64,000 nt of DNA from Octopus sinensis (GCF_006345805.1 NC_043003.1:83142001-83206000); one strand, 5' to 3'. Counted from the first letter of the stretch, positions 38,337 to 51,516 are shown. The notes: generated from the letters alone by a model not told the origin. Numbers and translations are program-made.

Positions 38337-38610
38337 CAATAATAAATTTCTGTGTGAGATATAAAGAGTAACTGCACGACATCGTGAAGTATATTTGCCA
38401 TCTAAATGTGGTCAACCCTTAAGGGTTGATGCTACTCTAGATTGTAGCCTCAGGAAGATATCTTCTCCAGTTGGCTATTGACACACTCACTTTCTGTGCC
38501 CTATCATTATTTGCAAAGGGAAGTCATCTTTCCCATCCCAGCCTTACGTGATGCACACGGACCCGAGTTTCTGAGTATTGACCCGTCATCAGCGTGTGAC
38601 AACAACCATT
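38335..38610 (-). mobile_element. PLE-type pseudo-LTR abutting (TA)n
   Basis: Carries a complete HHR and a perfect 18-bp palindrome TCAACCCTTAAGGGTTGA (38412-38429). Ends at (TA)n about 38300-38334, like the other PLE termini. Confidence 0.6.
38554..38598 (-). ncRNA. Minimal type I hammerhead ribozyme, canonical core, GUC site
   Basis: CACACG-CUGAUGA-C-GGGU(CAAU)ACUC-A-GAAA-CUCGG-GUC-CGUGUG: perfect 6-bp stem I, 4-bp stem II under a C.A mismatch, self-complementary ACUCGGGU stem III. Predicted cut between 38560 and 38559. Confidence 0.8.
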
Positions 38611-39735
38611 TTTCTTTATTATGATAATAAATATCTATTACAAAGAAGGACAATACAGGACATTACACACATATAAATGTGCTAAGTGAGTTTATAAATT
38701 TCTCATAGTCATTTAGAAGAGGCGAGAACGCCTGTGGCCCGTTCAGCTTGGACTCAGTCACCACATATATATCGATTTCTAGTGACCTGCGGTGGTTTAT
38801 GTGACAAGTTTGCTCCTATGTCGACCCCATGCCACGAACATTTATACAACCTAACTTAATGTCCATGGTCAAAATAAAGAAACTTACACTTTAAGTATGA
38901 GGAAGGTCTACACGAATTCGCCAACCTCCCCTCCTTTTCTTTCTGAGGTGTAACCGCTGGTGTAGCCGCTGAGCTAAGCACAAATCTTTTCCTGACCATC
39001 CCTAGGCTAACATCTTGTATGTCCTGCGGGTATCTCGCTTTAGATTATTCGAATAGAGCTGCTTCTATCTTTGCCAAACGTATATTCGGTGGCATACCTT
39101 ACATTGGTTGTAAAATATACGATTTTTATAAGCAGTTATTATTCTCGCAAAAAAAACTGTTTTCGCATTGTACTTCACAATCCATTCTCCTAGTGCATTT
39201 TTAGCGGGGTGGCAGGTTTCGACTTGGGGTGGATTGGGGAGATTTTTTCTGTGTGTTTGCGATTTGTGTAGATGTTTTCTTTCTCAGGGAAGGGGAATCT
39301 GGGGCATAGGCTTTTTTTCTTTTAGGTGAAATCACTGTGGTAAATTCCATTTCCCCTTCGGCTCCCATCTGTTTTGTTTATTCCTTTCTTCAGCTTTGCC
39401 TATGACGCTTTTCGTCGCTTTCTTGTTACATTCTTTTTGGGGAGGGACTTCAGCCTTTCCCAGTTGTTCTTTTTATGTTTCGCAGTCCGAACGGACGTGC
39501 CCTTTTTCTCCACATTTAAAACATCTGGGTCTACGTCTTTCGACTGATATTCTAGCGATCGATCCTTCCCTTATAAAAATGCGGTCTGGCCCCGATTCAA
39601 GCACATCATTTGAGGCTTGAACCACCATCTCAAGTGTTTGGCCTTTCCCGTTTAGAGCCTCTCTCTTTTTCAACTGCATCGTAAATTACGGACGCTGCCA
39701 TTCATGTTACGTCGTAACCAGGTGGTATCTCCTCT
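38610..39735 (-). mobile_element. L1/Tx1-clade LINE derivative: ORF1 C-terminus, APE start, 3' tail
   Basis: ORF1 zinc knuckle RRPRCFKCGEKGHVRSDC. ORF2 from ATG 38866: MDIKLGCINVRGMGST*..SLEIDIYVVTESKL (APE motifs), cut off at about 38683 and joined to a T-rich tail with AATAAA (38615-38620). Confidence 0.82.
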
Positions 39736-42700
39736 ATAGTTATTTTTGCAGTTCTCCGGTCTAGATAGATCGGAAGCAAAATACCCCTAATCTTCATATA
39801 TTCATTTATTATCCTTATAATGTTTACATTTTTCTTATATTGTCGTATTAACCGTCTATTAGTATCTAACTTTTACTGCTTTAAGTATTTTCTGTAAATT
39901 ATCTCCTTCTATATTTTTGACATATTATTTACATAAACATTCTATTATAAAGTTTATATACCACTAAACATTTATGGGGACTCTTAAATATTTTTTTGTA
40001 ATTTATAAAAAAGCCAAAATGATTATTAACGGTCAAATATAAATTTCAGTCTCCTGTATTTAAGAATTCCGTACTCACTCATTTGGATTTTCAACCTCAC
40101 TTGCTTCTTACTTCTTATATGGAGTTTAAACTAGCTCAGTTACCCTAATCTATAGAGAGAAAGTTACCTATATTTCTATGTTGTATATATATCTTTACCT
40201 AACCTTTACATGTTAGTCGTGTTTGAAATAGTCATGACTCCTAGAACAATAACACATTAAAACTTAGTAAGAATACAATACCCAGGTAATTCTTGAGTCC
40301 ATCTTTTTCTTTATTAAGTTCTTATTTTTCCTTATAGTGTTACTGATAAGTACTATTTGACAACTCAGATTCTTAAAATTAATTTATTGTCTTTCTGTAC
40401 GAAACGATCGTCTAGGGAATTAAATAAATATTATATCTCATATTAACATCTAATCTCCTCAAATTATGAAAAATATGATTAAATCTGTCAAACTTCGTGC
40501 TATAACTTAAATCATATACTTAATACGCTTATATATATATATATATATATATCACATGTGATACACAGACAAAGAGTTACAATTCCCACGCATTAAAGTA
40601 GTATTTGTAAATATATATATATACAGCTCAGTACATCTGTAACACCCGCTAACATCTTACGTTGCATACCATTGATAGTCATTTTGCTCAATGATATAGA
40701 CTTACCCTACCGTCAAACTACGATGTTTTCTCTCTGATTCTTCAACCGTAACAAGATGAATCTCTCTCTTCGTTTCTTACTATTCTTATTGTGTCTCAAT
40801 TCATTCATCATATTACACTGTGTGATTTGTATGTCCTAGTTAGTCTTCTACAGGCTGAACTCCGCTGGCAATTCTCAATAGTGTTTGAATAATATTAATG
40901 CTTCCCTTTTCAATTTTCAATATCACTGATTTCTTTTGCTAGGATACAGAAGACGGATGTATTTGGCATTAGTAACACACGAGTTTTAATTTATGTACCG
41001 TGGTCTGTGAAGGAGAATTATAGATCTGAGTGTTCACCAATATATCATTTTTAACTACCGACTCCCCCTACACATGAGATATTTTTCGCAACTTCAAGCC
41101 CAAACTACACTCTAATATCATAGTATTTTAGTATTTGCTTTATAGTATACCCTAATCATTACATAGTTAAAGCTATTCACTCCTATCAGCTTTCTCGAGA
41201 GCAATTGACTTGAATCTAGTAAGATACGCACGTACTCTACGTTAATTATCTCAGACGAAGAAATGCAGTACAAATGAGAGACCTCGAGAATTGTAAAGGG
41301 ATAAATAAAGTCATCTTCTGAATGGTGGGGGTATTACTAACAGAGTAATATCTGCTAACAACTTCCGAAGGCTAGGTAGTGTTATTAAATCGGACCGGAA
41401 TTAATTTATCCACACGAAAAGTGTAACAGTTATTTCGATGAACTTCCACAGAATTTCCTTCTACCAATTTCATTTTCAAATCCTTAGTCAATCTGAGATT
41501 GCAAGTATATGGGTCCAATTTAATGTTTGAAATTATACGCGGACACCTGTTCTTAATAGAAGATTTGTTTTGCCAACGGTACATGCAAAATTAAAAAACC
41601 AATGGTCTCATATCTAAAATCACACTTCTTCACTATTCAACGTTTTATCACTCATCATGAAAAAGGTATTTATACATTGTTAAGGAGATACTCAATACTT
41701 CTGTATATTTTGTCAAGGTACGTGGCTGAATGTCATGTAGAACACAACATATTAACTTTGCTTCATTATCTACTTCAATAAAATAACAAGCAAATTAGAA
41801 CAAGGGTGAATGTAAAACTGTTAGAACCGTTGCGCTATTAGAATCGTTTTCACATTTTTTACCCGTTGGCACATAGGAAACATCGAAAATTTAAAATTCA
41901 AAAGAAAAAAAGAGAATAAAAGGATATTAAATCAAAATATTATCATACATAAAAAATTCCATATAAATTACAGAGAAAATCCTGTAAGTTTGACATATAA
42001 ATAGTCCACTTGAAATCACAATAAATGTAAAGAAAATTAATGAAAATTATCTGAAAGAATAATTAATTTATATTTGTGGTTTTGCGAGTCATAAATTGTT
42101 TTGAATACATTAAGAAAGATGCCATGTAAAAGTGCATAGTCTTAAAATATGATTAAAATAAAACATGTTTTATTAATTGAAATTTCTCTGTTGATGTTCT
42201 TGCTGTTATTGTATATCACTTCGAAAAGATATGCCCATCAAAACTTTCTGGTATTTGTGAAGATAATGAGTTTTGCGTTGCAGCTGAATAGACTGTGCTG
42301 TGAGAAAACTAATTTTAAGAATCAAATTGTTCCATTCAGAACGACCATCAAATTCAGTGTTCAAGTTTACAAGTTCACGCCTGACCGCATTAATTATCTA
42401 CCATGGCTGTCAACACCTGGAAACGGAAATGACAATAATAAATTCATAACTTGAGCAAGTAGTCTTCCAGAGACCCTGTAATGTTAAACAACTATTTCGA
42501 TATTCTTAACGCACCCACTGGAAGTTTATCCCCTTGGGTACCACTGATCTAACAGCAGTATCAGTTCCTCATCTTCTCGTTGAATTAAAGAGTGTTTTTT
42601 GTTAAGAAACAGGTGATTTAACGTCAACACATAATCCAAAGAAACTAAATATTATGATGAATACCACAGCATGCAGTAAACTACCATTTGTTTAACCTCA

Positions 42701-42954
42701 TGTCTACCTTCAACTTAAAGACTTATGATTAAGACATTCCAGCCGTGACTATACCTTCTTATTTAAACACTGTATATGTAGGTCTTACATCCTTAATACA
42801 TTCGTATCACTTTTCGGAAAACATTAAGGAGTGGATTGAAGGATATTTGACTGCTATTTTTCGTATTTTGAGCGATAACTACACAGAAAATTTAGTAATT
42901 CAAGTTAGAAAAGTGATTTCAGTTTCATTTTACATCAAGCATAAGTAGTGAAAT

Positions 42955-43290
42955 AGTTTGCTTCGCAGCAGCCACACGGTTTCGCGGTTAGCTTGTCTGT
43001 GCAGCGTCACTAAGATGGCACACAGCGGTAAATGGATACTGTATGGAAGACCGCCATAGATGCACACATACGCATATATATATACACATGTGTCTATGTA
43101 CGAATGTATGTGGGCGTGTAACCGTGTTTTTGCTTGTCCCCGCCAGTCGCTTAACAACCTGTGCTATACCAAATACCAAATATAAAACTCAGTACCAAAC
43201 TTTAAAATAAGTACTGGGGTCGATTTGAACGACTAAAACTTTTAAAACGGTTCCCCAGCATGATTGCAGTCCAATGACTGCAATAAATAA
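42955..43290 (+). mobile_element. SINE family 1, decayed
   Basis: tttgcttc..cacggtttc..; gtcgcttaacaacc; aagtactggggtcgatttgaacgactaaa..ccccagcatgattgcagtccaatgactg. Confidence 0.7.
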
Positions 43291-45721
43291 ATAAAAATAA
43301 TATCAGTTAATATCACTTTCTATGCAATACACAGGAGAATGGTGTGAATAACATAACACTGGGATTTTCTATTCACTAAAGTGTTGCTGTCTTGTACTTA
43401 ATCAAGAAGAAGCAAAAAATATTATTTATCTAATGTCCCACCGTTTCTACTAACTCATCAACCTGTTTAATAATGAAGTACTAACGCTAATTAAAATAAG
43501 CTGCTAAGAAATCACGCAACGACTAATGGAATCTCAAAAAGATAGCGGATACAAGTCTTGCATCTTATTATTTGTGGTGAATAAAACATCATATATAAAT
43601 ATTCAATGTAATCAATTGCGTTTCATAATTTTTTTGAAATTAAAACGAAAAACTTATTTTTTATGCAGTTTGAAATGAAAATCTATTAATTTATATAATG
43701 AATCTAAAGCTGAATAAGAAATGAAGTATTGCATACAAAATAATGGAAACTAACAAAGATTTTTTGAAATCAGTAAAAATAACTATTCGATTCTGCATAT
43801 TAAATAATTGAAGTTTGAGTTAGGCCAGTGTAACACTTTGGTTATGTAGAACAGTGAATATTGATTTTTGTCTCTTGCACAAGGTTACTAATTCTCATAA
43901 AAGGATAAAGCTAATTTAGTGTATTTCGATATACTCTTCGCACTTATTTTACCGTCGACAGATGGATTAAAAGCAAGGTAAACCCCAGTGAGTAGAGAAC
44001 TGAAACTTTGTCACGAATGCTTAATAATGTATGACAACTCAATTTGACCCGATTTGCTATTTCACTCACGTCACCGTCTTCAAGAATATTATTTATTATC
44101 ATTATTATCATTGTCACATTAACGAGAGCTAGGTGTTTGTTTCGATAATTCCATAGACTTGAAAGTTTCATATAAGTGTTCTTTTAATTTCACTATTCAT
44201 CTGCAAAGCTGCAATTAAGCACTCTTAAATTGATAGACAAACATCAAACATAACATGGCATCGTATTATTCACAAAGTGAGCATTGATAAAGAGGAATTA
44301 TGAAATCTATTGCGCTTAATATTTGATAATATTTCACTCACTGACCAAATGAGTGAGTAAACGATTGTTTATGATGGTACGTTACCTACATTGCACTTTC
44401 ACGTAAACTACACAGTGTTGTTTCTGTTTCTGTGATTCTTGCTTTCATTATGAATAAACAGCCAATAAGGAAATTAACACAAAACCATACTGGAAAGACG
44501 TAACTTTGTTAACGTATTACACAATAAAAACCACAGACTGGAGCAAAGTCTTTTAGCGGTCGCAACAAAGACAGATTCATATGTAATTAGGTGTTAACAT
44601 ATCGATTCATCCCATACCACTGAGTTTACCTGGTGAAGTTGAGTCAATTACTATTATTTGCAACTATTATATTTACTATTCACTGCAAGAAATATTAATG
44701 TTAATGTAACTATTGAATCATCCTAGACATACACATATCCATGCACATAAACACTTGCTTGCACACACATACGCACGCATACATACACCAAGCACACATG
44801 AATATAGATGTGTATGCGCATAGAAAATATGATAATGGTGTAATTTGTTAAATATGTATTCGGCCACGTATTACTGAATATGTACGCTTCTAGAAAGTTA
44901 ATATTAATTCGAGAGGTATCCACCCCTCAGTGAAAACTTTTCATTTTGGTTAGGCATAAAAGAGTTCGTTTTTCAACACGTCTCCATTTTGGGCAGTTTA
45001 TATTCAAAATTCTGAACATTTTTTACTCCCGATGAGAGATAAAGGTCTCGATCACTCTTTGCTACAAGGTACGAGCACGTATATTTCGTTTACATCATGT
45101 ATCACAGTGTTTATCTTTCCCCTTATATTCCTCACAATATAAACTTGCGTCACAGCTTCAAACAGGTCAAAATTCTCTAAAGCTTTTACTGAGTATTTTA
45201 AATATCTCGTTGAGACTATTATGATACATATAATGTAGTATGTGTCTTATTATCGAATATATGCACACGGTGCTAAGGTACCCAACAACCCTAAGAATTA
45301 AGGACGTAGAGCTATTTGAATCCAACCTCTTAGATATGATACTCGGATTGAATTTTTGGATGTTCACCAATACTTCTCAATACAAACTTATTTCTCGTAT
45401 AAAGAATTTTAAGAAATAAAATATATTTAATATTCTCAAATAAAATTTGCCAATCTTTTAAAAGTAGAAAACAATAACTATAAAGTACTCCTAAACAAGA
45501 AATTTACCCAGAATTGTAAAAGGATTCATATTATATAAAATTGCTGCTAGAACTACAGCTCATAAAGATAAAGTTGGCAACAGACTAATATGTTTTACTA
45601 AGAACGTAAGTCACACTTAATGATTATGATAAGAATAAATATTAACCCATCTTTCGGAACTGTGATAGGATTAGTTAGAAAGAAAATACTAATATTTTCA
45701 TTAAGTTTAGAATTCAACTAA

Positions 45722-45860
45722 GGCGGTGAGCTGGAAGAATTGTTACCGCGCCGAACAAAATGGTAAGTGACAAGTGTTCCAAATTTAGACCGGGATTGAC
45801 TTTGCCTTTTATCATTTGGGGGCTTTATGAAATAAGTACCAATCGAATGCTGAGGTTGAT
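45722..45860 (+). mobile_element. SINE family 2, decayed
   Basis: ggcggtgagctggaagaattgtta..gactttgccttttatc..aaataagtacca. Confidence 0.65.
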
Positions 45861-47130
45861 GAAATTTTTTACCCCTCCATACAATTGCTAGCATTGTCCC
45901 AAAATTGAACCACTTTTAGGAAGTTGATTGATGTTTAGCAATAGAGCAAGAGTAATACGATAATAAACCTCTTTAATAACATGAATAATAAAGTAGTTTC
46001 ATATGAATGTTTCATATCAATATTAGCGAACTTTAACCAACCAACACAAAACCCTTACACATCCGCGACCTTGTATATACTAAGATAAATTATAATATCC
46101 ATAATAGTGCTTTGAATATTCCCATACCCTCTAGAAAACGCTGCGACGCAGCAAAGATTTCACAGGGGTAAAAAAATGTCAGATCACATATGTTTATTCG
46201 AGGTCAGTATAGTGTCGTCTTTCAACGCAAAAATATGGGATAATGTTGATTTATGTATCCTAGATACACTCAAAACAACATCTATCATAAAGAAGATTTG
46301 TATAGAAGTAATAGGTAATTATATCCATCATACAAGTGGAAATACAAGGGAAATAATAAAAAATTTCGACATCAAAATAGTTATCACCACTAACATAAGT
46401 GTTATAGATTTCTATGATGCTATTCCCAATTGACCAGAGACAAGCACATACGCTTTAGGAAACTGAATGAAAATTTCTCATATATTAATATAGGCGTCTG
46501 CGTCTAATAGTCTGTACTGATTTCAGCGCTAAGTGTGAATCTCCGTCTTCACTCAGCATGTAATCATTTAACAACCTAGCAGGTGATGCTTTGCGAGGAT
46601 TTACAAATAAGACAGACGTAAGATTTTCCTATTAAACTGTATGTTGTAGTTCATTCAAGATTATTTTTAGAGGTATTTTGAGCCGATAGGTAAATGTATA
46701 GATGTTTTAGCAGTTAAAGTCACTAAGTTAAACAACATTACCGTTTGCCGCAAATTTTATAGAATAGCCAATTTAAAATAATCACGGGCATGTAGGACTC
46801 TTGGTTTCTTATTGATAACACCGCTCTCAATGAAAAGTGTTTCAGAGTATATTGTTCGCGTTAATTTATATTTAGATCCAACGCAGTGTGTATTCGATTT
46901 CCCTAGATTTTATTGGACTTAATTGTTGGTTGTGCTGCTGATTTATTTCTGAAACAATATCATTTGATGCATTTAATTATCATTAGATGCATTTAAATGC
47001 TTAATCTGTTACTTAATAGAGCGTAATATATCAATAAGCTAAATTATTACTCTTATGTAGTGTCCACACAGAGAAGACGTCACAATGAAGGATGCCTATT
47101 TATTTGTGAGATGCCTGTGTACATACACAC

Positions 47131-47236
<106 letters not shown>

Positions 47237-47449
47237 ACATATACATATATGTATTAGCATATATATATATACATTTATATATAATATCATGTTGAACCGT
47301 TAATCCCTACACATAATTTTCTCTCTCCTTTTTTCATTCTCTCTCTATTTGTCCTTTTCCCTCTTAATCCTTTTTGTCGAAGTGATTAGTTGCGTGAATT
47401 TTGCCATCAGAAACGGATAACTATATCTTCTTTTCAAGTTTTTGCACAA

Positions 47450-47598
47450 GGCCAGCAATTTCGGGCGCGGTTAAGCTGGTTGCATTGACCCCAGTGCTCA
47501 ACCGGTACTTATTTTAGCGACATCGTCAGAACTCAGAATATAGAGAGAGACCTAAATGCCTCTAAGCATTTTGCCTGGCGTGCCAGCTCGCCGCCTTC
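47450..47598 (-). mobile_element. SINE family 2, decayed and deleted
   Basis: ttgcattgaccccagtgctcaaccggtacttatttt..gaactcagaa..ctaagcattttgcctggcgtgccagctcgccgcc. Confidence 0.7.
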
Positions 47599-47671
47599 GA
47601 ATACCATATAAAATGAACACATACACATGCACTCACACACAACATATGTATGCACGACAGATCGCTAGCCG

Positions 47672-47956
47672 CTACACATTCTTTATTTTCTCTCCTTGTT
47701 CCTTTCTGTGGAAGAAGGTAGCTCGAAACGTTAAAGAGTTTTTCACTTTCCGAGCGTTATACTAATACATCAGTTTGCTGTCTACACCACCTGTCTTTGT
47801 CTTTTGAGTTTGTTTATTTTTTTGTGTGAATCCTCCCTATATATATATATGTATATATATACACCATACAGAATAGGTATGCCCAGTATTAGAAAATCTG
47901 AAAATAGGAATATCTGAATACAATAGTGCACACCATCTGTAAAACATGCCCAAATC
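47672..47956 (+). repeat. Left arm of inverted duplication: PLE tail, (TA)n and about 95 bp of flank
   Basis: Reverse complement matches 50650-50952, including the non-PLE flank agaataggtatgcccagtattagaaaatctgaaaatagg..ccatctgtaaaacatgc. PLE tail is the same family as 5150-5350. Confidence 0.88.
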
Positions 47957-50106
47957 GATCTCTACCGCAGGAATTTGCTTCCAAGTAAAAAAAGAAAAAC
48001 CACGTATGCACTCATTGCGATGATAGTTTGGACAATGCTTTCTCTAGATCCAAATATACCTCAATCAACCACTTTGAAAGTGAATTGGGAATAATCATGA
48101 GTAGCTTCGTTATCGTAGTTAATACCCTGTATATCAAAATACAAAACTAGTACAATGGGACTGTAATCATAACGTCATTAAATGCATTGACGTCACTGAA
48201 ACGAAATCACCCATCATATTCGACCAATTTCACTTTTCGAATATTTCATCCAACCATGTCTAAATGTCTCTTTCTAAAATCGTGTATTTCAGGAGAGAAT
48301 TCAATACAATTTACGATATATGTACTAGAATAATAAAGAATGCCTGAAATTAACTACCATACTACAACGATTCCTACTGACTCGAAAAGTAGGGTAACCC
48401 ATTTTCGACGATTCCATGAATCTGACACAGCTGACTGCGTAGGGTTGCTTAACTTTGATTCTCTCAGCAAAAACACCCTTACAGTATTACTTTGTATTAA
48501 GGTGACGATTTAACAATCCCATAGGATATGAACTTCCACACCATATATTAATTTTAAAAGAATTTAATAGGAACATTTAAGATGTTACATTTAAACCTAT
48601 GTATTTACACAAACTTAATGATAGCTAACTTCCTATCTACACCCCTGAACTTAAACACAAGCAAACACTACCCAAATAATGCCACAATATGCATGAACAA
48701 AACTTCCAATTATCTTTAACCAAAATCAGGAATAGCGCAACGAGTAGAGATGATTCTTTAATATAACCCCTGTCTGGGACATCTTTAATAAGACCAGTGT
48801 ATGTTTAAATTATTCTGTTATATCATTTGTATAGTAGCTATTAAAATAATTCCAGGACAGCCTCTGTGTGGTAGCTGCCATAGATTTCTGTACATTAAAT
48901 GAAAGATTACGTGGAATTGTTATGAAGCGTCTAAATTATCAGCTTTATTGCCTACACGGTTAGGAAATGATATATCACATCGATAATTAAAGTGGATAAA
49001 ATATGATCCGACTGATTAATAAGAAATTAAACTGATTATATCCAATGCAAAATGCTATAATTTATTTTTAAATACTTTACAATGTCACATTTTATTAGCA
49101 AATTAGCTCTTAATATGTTATTTAGATAATGTAGTGGCAGAGGAAAATTGAGAGACAGGCAATATTGTTTGTATTGTGGGTGAGAGAAGAATTAAGTATT
49201 TATCTGAATAATGCTAGCAAACATAGACTTATGCAGTATACTACACCCTTAAAATTAGGAAATTTATCATGTGGCCAAGAATAAATCATATCGGACAAGT
49301 AAACGATCAGACCGAGAGCATTCTTTTGGGCATAAGCTTTTGACTCTTACCCACAGGAAAAGCGCAGATGTGATACGGTAATGAAGTTCGATCGACAACT
49401 GTGTAGCTTCCGGTTAAAACTAAAACACAACACGTTCGGCTGGCCTCTTCTACACTATTCTCAAATCAGCCCAATATTTTTGAGTGAAATTTCTTTGACG
49501 GTAAGTGGAAGACCATCTGAGAAATATATCTTGATCTAGGCAACTAGACTTAATCCGTATCCATGTTTAACACCATTTTCCAGATTTTAGACGCCTTTAC
49601 TAGGTTTCACTCTGTAGTAAGCACTTAGGTTTTTTATCTATGGTATGAGAATAACATTCCTCACATTAACCCCATAAGTTCTCAAAAGTGTCATGTTACT
49701 GTACTTCAATCTATGTCATTACACATGACTTACCCCTTCTGTCAGCATTAGCCTTTTCCTTCCAGTCAATGACATCTAACTGATACGTGGGTAACCGATA
49801 CGAAAGAAATTCACTGTTCGCGTTCAGAATAAATTTTGGAAATAGATAATAAATTGTGAAATTTTGAATGCAGCTTTGTTATGCACAATTACAAAGTACT
49901 TTCCTCAAATCACTCTCAGCCATTCCACGAGGATTTGAGTAAAGCATGTATTAAATTATCATGGTGTCACACCAAGAAATCTTTTTATCGGAGACTATAC
50001 TCTAATATCACAAGCGTATATTAGTCTCATACACACACATATACATGCACACACATAATTATATATACATATATATATATATACATACATACACACACAC
50101 ATACAT

Positions 50107-50138
<32 letters not shown>

Positions 50139-50649
50139 GAATGTATACATATGTCCTGTGAGAGTGGGTGTGCAGTCGTTCTCGGTTGCCGCATCTACAT
50201 ATTACAATAATTTTTTTTTATATCCAAGTAAGCAAATTAAATAGGAATTTCTCTTTGAGTGACATTAACCAATAATTGTTTGATATTTGTTCATTGTCAA
50301 CGAATAAAACACTCCAAAGTATCCAACAGATATTCTTGTTAAAAACAGGAACTATATTTAATAGACATTTATAAGTAAAGGAAATTGCCAATGATGCCAA
50401 AATACATAAATATTTATAGTCACTCAGAACCGGTTCCTGTCACAAAATTATTTGTAAATACAAGGTTGAAAATTTGTCTTAAATACCGAATACTATCTGA
50501 CTCCAAAAATGTAATATGTACTATTGCTTTTCTCTTAATAGACGTTCCAGTTGAGGAAAAAGTCATTTTCAAACCTTATGCTAGAAACTTATACACACAC
50601 ACAAATACACGCACAAACACACACAAACACACACACACACATATGGATC

Positions 50650-50760
50650 ATCAATCTGAGCATGTTTTACAGATGGTTGTGCATTATTGTATTCAGACAT
50701 TCCTATTTTCAGATTTTCTAATACTGGGCATACCTATTCTATATGCTGTATATATATATA

Positions 50761-50793
<33 letters not shown>

Positions 50794-50952
50794 GGGAGGA
50801 TTCACAAAAAAAAAACCAAAAGACAAAGACAGGTGGTGTAGAGAGCAAACAGATGTATTAGTATAACGCTCGGGAAGTGAAAAAGTCTTTAACGTTTCGA
50901 GCCTACGCTCTTCTACAGAAAGGAACAAGGAGAGAAAATAAAGAATGTGTAG
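50650..50952 (-). repeat. Right arm of inverted duplication: PLE tail with HHR-like motif
   Basis: Matches the reverse complement of 47672-47956. Motif at 50887-50922 (minus): CUUU-CUGUAGA-A-GAGC(GUAG)GCUC-GAAA-CGU-U-AAAG. Confidence 0.88.
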
Positions 50953-51215
50953 TGCACAGGACTAAAAATATTGTTTAGGTTAGTAAAGAACAGCGCATAT
51001 TTTTGTGTCATAATCCCAGGTTATATTACATTACCATTCGATATTTTAAATCCATGGTTGTGTTCCAGTTATATTAGCTTTTACAAAGATTGATTTACAA
51101 AGATTGATATACAACAAAAGACATAAATAATGATATTTAATTATTTTTCTTTGCTGAAGTAAGTCAAATTTACTGTGTGTTCATTATTTATGTCTTTTCA
51201 TATATATGTATATAT

Positions 51216-51516
51216 TACGGAGATGTACTTGCATAGCAAGTGACCTGATCTGAGATCGTGTGCTGGAACGAAAACAATTGCAGCGTGGAAGGTGTTTATA
51301 AGCCATTTAAGAAACACACAAAAACCGTTTGATTCACTTCAACATTTATATTTAATTTGTCAAAATATTTTCGTCGCTTTGAGACCGCGACCTGTTCACT
51401 GACAAAAATCCGTGCTGCATCTCTCCGTGCAGCACGGAATTTTGTCAATGAACAGGTCACGGTCTCAAAGCGACGAAAATATTTTGACAAATTAAATTTA
51501 AATGTTGGAGTGAATC
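51216..51516. mobile_element. PLE-type terminus with 89-bp near-perfect palindrome
   Basis: Arms 51331-51419 and 51428-51516 with 5 mismatches and an 8-nt loop. Begins at a (TA) tract and each arm contains an HHR fold. Confidence 0.75.
51356..51406 (-). ncRNA. Hammerhead fold with G3-C8 core swap
   Basis: UUUGUCA-GUGAACA-G-GUCGC(GGUCUCAAA)GCGAC-GAAA-AUAUUU-UGACAAA: 7-bp stem I, 5-bp stem II, palindromic AAUAUU stem III, UUU triplet. Confidence 0.6.

Noticed and set aside
41250-41560. Weak RTE-like peptides (NNFRRLGSVIKSD, FIFKSLVNLRLQVYG) and minus-strand ORF 41372-41584
   Set aside because: Similarity is too degraded to call by eye. Possibly an ancient LINE relic, but not supportable as a gene.
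42745-42948. ORF with LIHSYHFSENIKEWIEGYLT as a host exon
   Set aside because: Better explained as a decayed CR1/L2 RT motif (compare KL.SYGI.G.LL.WI..FL).
41685-45068. Possible upstream phase-1 exons 41685-41717 and 44997-45068
   Set aside because: Good splice sites and open frames, but no start codon or signal peptide links them to the 54-58 kb cluster. Not listed as features.
46176-46433. 85-aa ORF faintly like a PLE linker (YIHHTSG..IIKNFDIKIV)
   Set aside because: A single weak motif with no flanking PLE features.
49480-49520. Strong donor ACG|gtaagt
   Set aside because: Derived from a decayed SINE family 1 core (gtagacggaaactg), with no upstream acceptor or exon.
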